A stretch of 15,342 nt of DNA from Leidyana gryllorum EB-2025a (Eukaryota > Protista > Apicomplexa): positions 1 through 15,342 of the forward strand of contig JBLWGC010000199.1 of the NCBI GenBank assembly GCA_048772705.1. Direction: 5' to 3'. The notes beneath the pieces are model-generated. The model made no database searches. It had not been told where the DNA came from and was given only the letters and a program-made list of their open reading frames with translations. Shown in pieces: positions 14,820 to 15,342 of this stretch. Both the position numbers and the translations under genes were made by a program. The number at the start of each line of letters is the position of its first letter. The stretch's first letter is position 1.

Positions 14820-14950
14820 CTCAGCTGCAGCTTTGGACGAGAGATAGAGCGTCGGGCCAACCGACAAGCAACGGGGCCGTTCTGGGAATCGAACCCAGGA
14901 CTTCTTCCACGCGAAGGAGGAATCATACCACTAGACCAAACAGCCGCCTG
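14820..14950 (+). repeat. Direct repeat of window positions 1-131
   Basis: First ~90 nt identical; a more diverged inverted copy lies at ~11295-11416. Confidence 0.9.
14874..14945 (-). tRNA. tRNA-Pro body with CGC anticodon (from CGG)
   Basis: Revcomp CCTCC TT CGC GT GGAAG; paralog of 55-126. Confidence 0.75.
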
Positions 14951-15045
14951 TCGGTCACGCAGTTCGCTGAGGACAGTTGAGATAGTGGTCACCACATACG
15001 GCCGCGGTAAGTGCTTATTTTCACCGCCTGTCCTGACTACCTACC

Positions 15046-15118
15046 GCCTCGGTAGCTCAGTTGGGAGAGCGCCAGACTGAAGATCTGGAAGTCCCGTGTT
15101 CGATCCACGGCCGAGGCA
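15046..15118 (+). tRNA. tRNA-Phe(GAA)
   Basis: GCCTCGG/CCGAGGC; AGTTGGGA D-loop; CCAGA CT GAA GA TCTGG. Confidence 0.96.
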
Positions 15119-15207
15119 GAGAGGCTGTGACATTTGGTGTCATCCCTCGCACCCGTGCGATCGTTTTGCCCCTCAGCTAACCAGGCAGGCCCTGTCTCGA
15201 TCACATG

Positions 15208-15280
15208 AGGGTCTGGCTGAGGCCGGCTGGGATATGCGGCTTTCACCCGCACGGTCCGGGTTCAAGGGCCGGCGGTGCAG
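15208..15280 (+). pseudogene. tRNA-Glu(TTC) remnant
   Basis: GGATATGCGGCTTTCACCCGCACGGTCCGGGTTCAAG; acceptor lost. Confidence 0.65.
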
Positions 15281-15342
15281 CTCCTTGGAGTGCTTCAGTA
15301 ACCTCCCTCAACGGGGTTAGATGCGTGATTTCCTTTTTGAAT

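Noticed and set aside
9117-15320. Short ORFs right of the element, including the 182-aa ORF at 12571-13119
   Set aside because: They run across Trp, Gly, Ser and Lys tRNA sequences; frames are not conserved between duplicated blocks
1-15342. CRISPR array or prokaryotic/phage tRNA array
   Set aside because: Repeats are tRNA genes with paralogous spacers; no encoded CCA; eukaryote-type AGC/AAC/AGA/AGG/AAT anticodons, a Tyr intron and an LTR element

Overview
Eukaryotic (probably protist; taxon not determinable here) tRNA-gene field. About 45 intact, degenerate or fragmentary tRNA genes lie on both strands every ~100-250 bp, covering 18 of 20 amino acids (no Met or Asn seen). The field is built from shuffled, duplicated and inverted multi-gene blocks. 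A complete, very recent 4878-bp Ty3/gypsy chromovirus (4143-9020) splits a tRNA-Lys(CTT) pseudogene at its T-loop/B-box. It has identical 194-bp LTRs, a CTCGC target-site duplication, an iMet-type PBS, a PPT, gag, and a -1-frame pol with a chromodomain. A second, different solo LTR lies at 11964-12335. Comparing paralogous blocks shows recombination through tRNA genes, two 50-70 bp micro-inversions, an exact anticodon deletion, several anticodon-switched tRNAs (including an amber CTA tRNA-Gln) and a 7-nt tRNA-Tyr intron. Short ORFs outside gag/pol are treated as spurious. All alignments and folds were done by eye.
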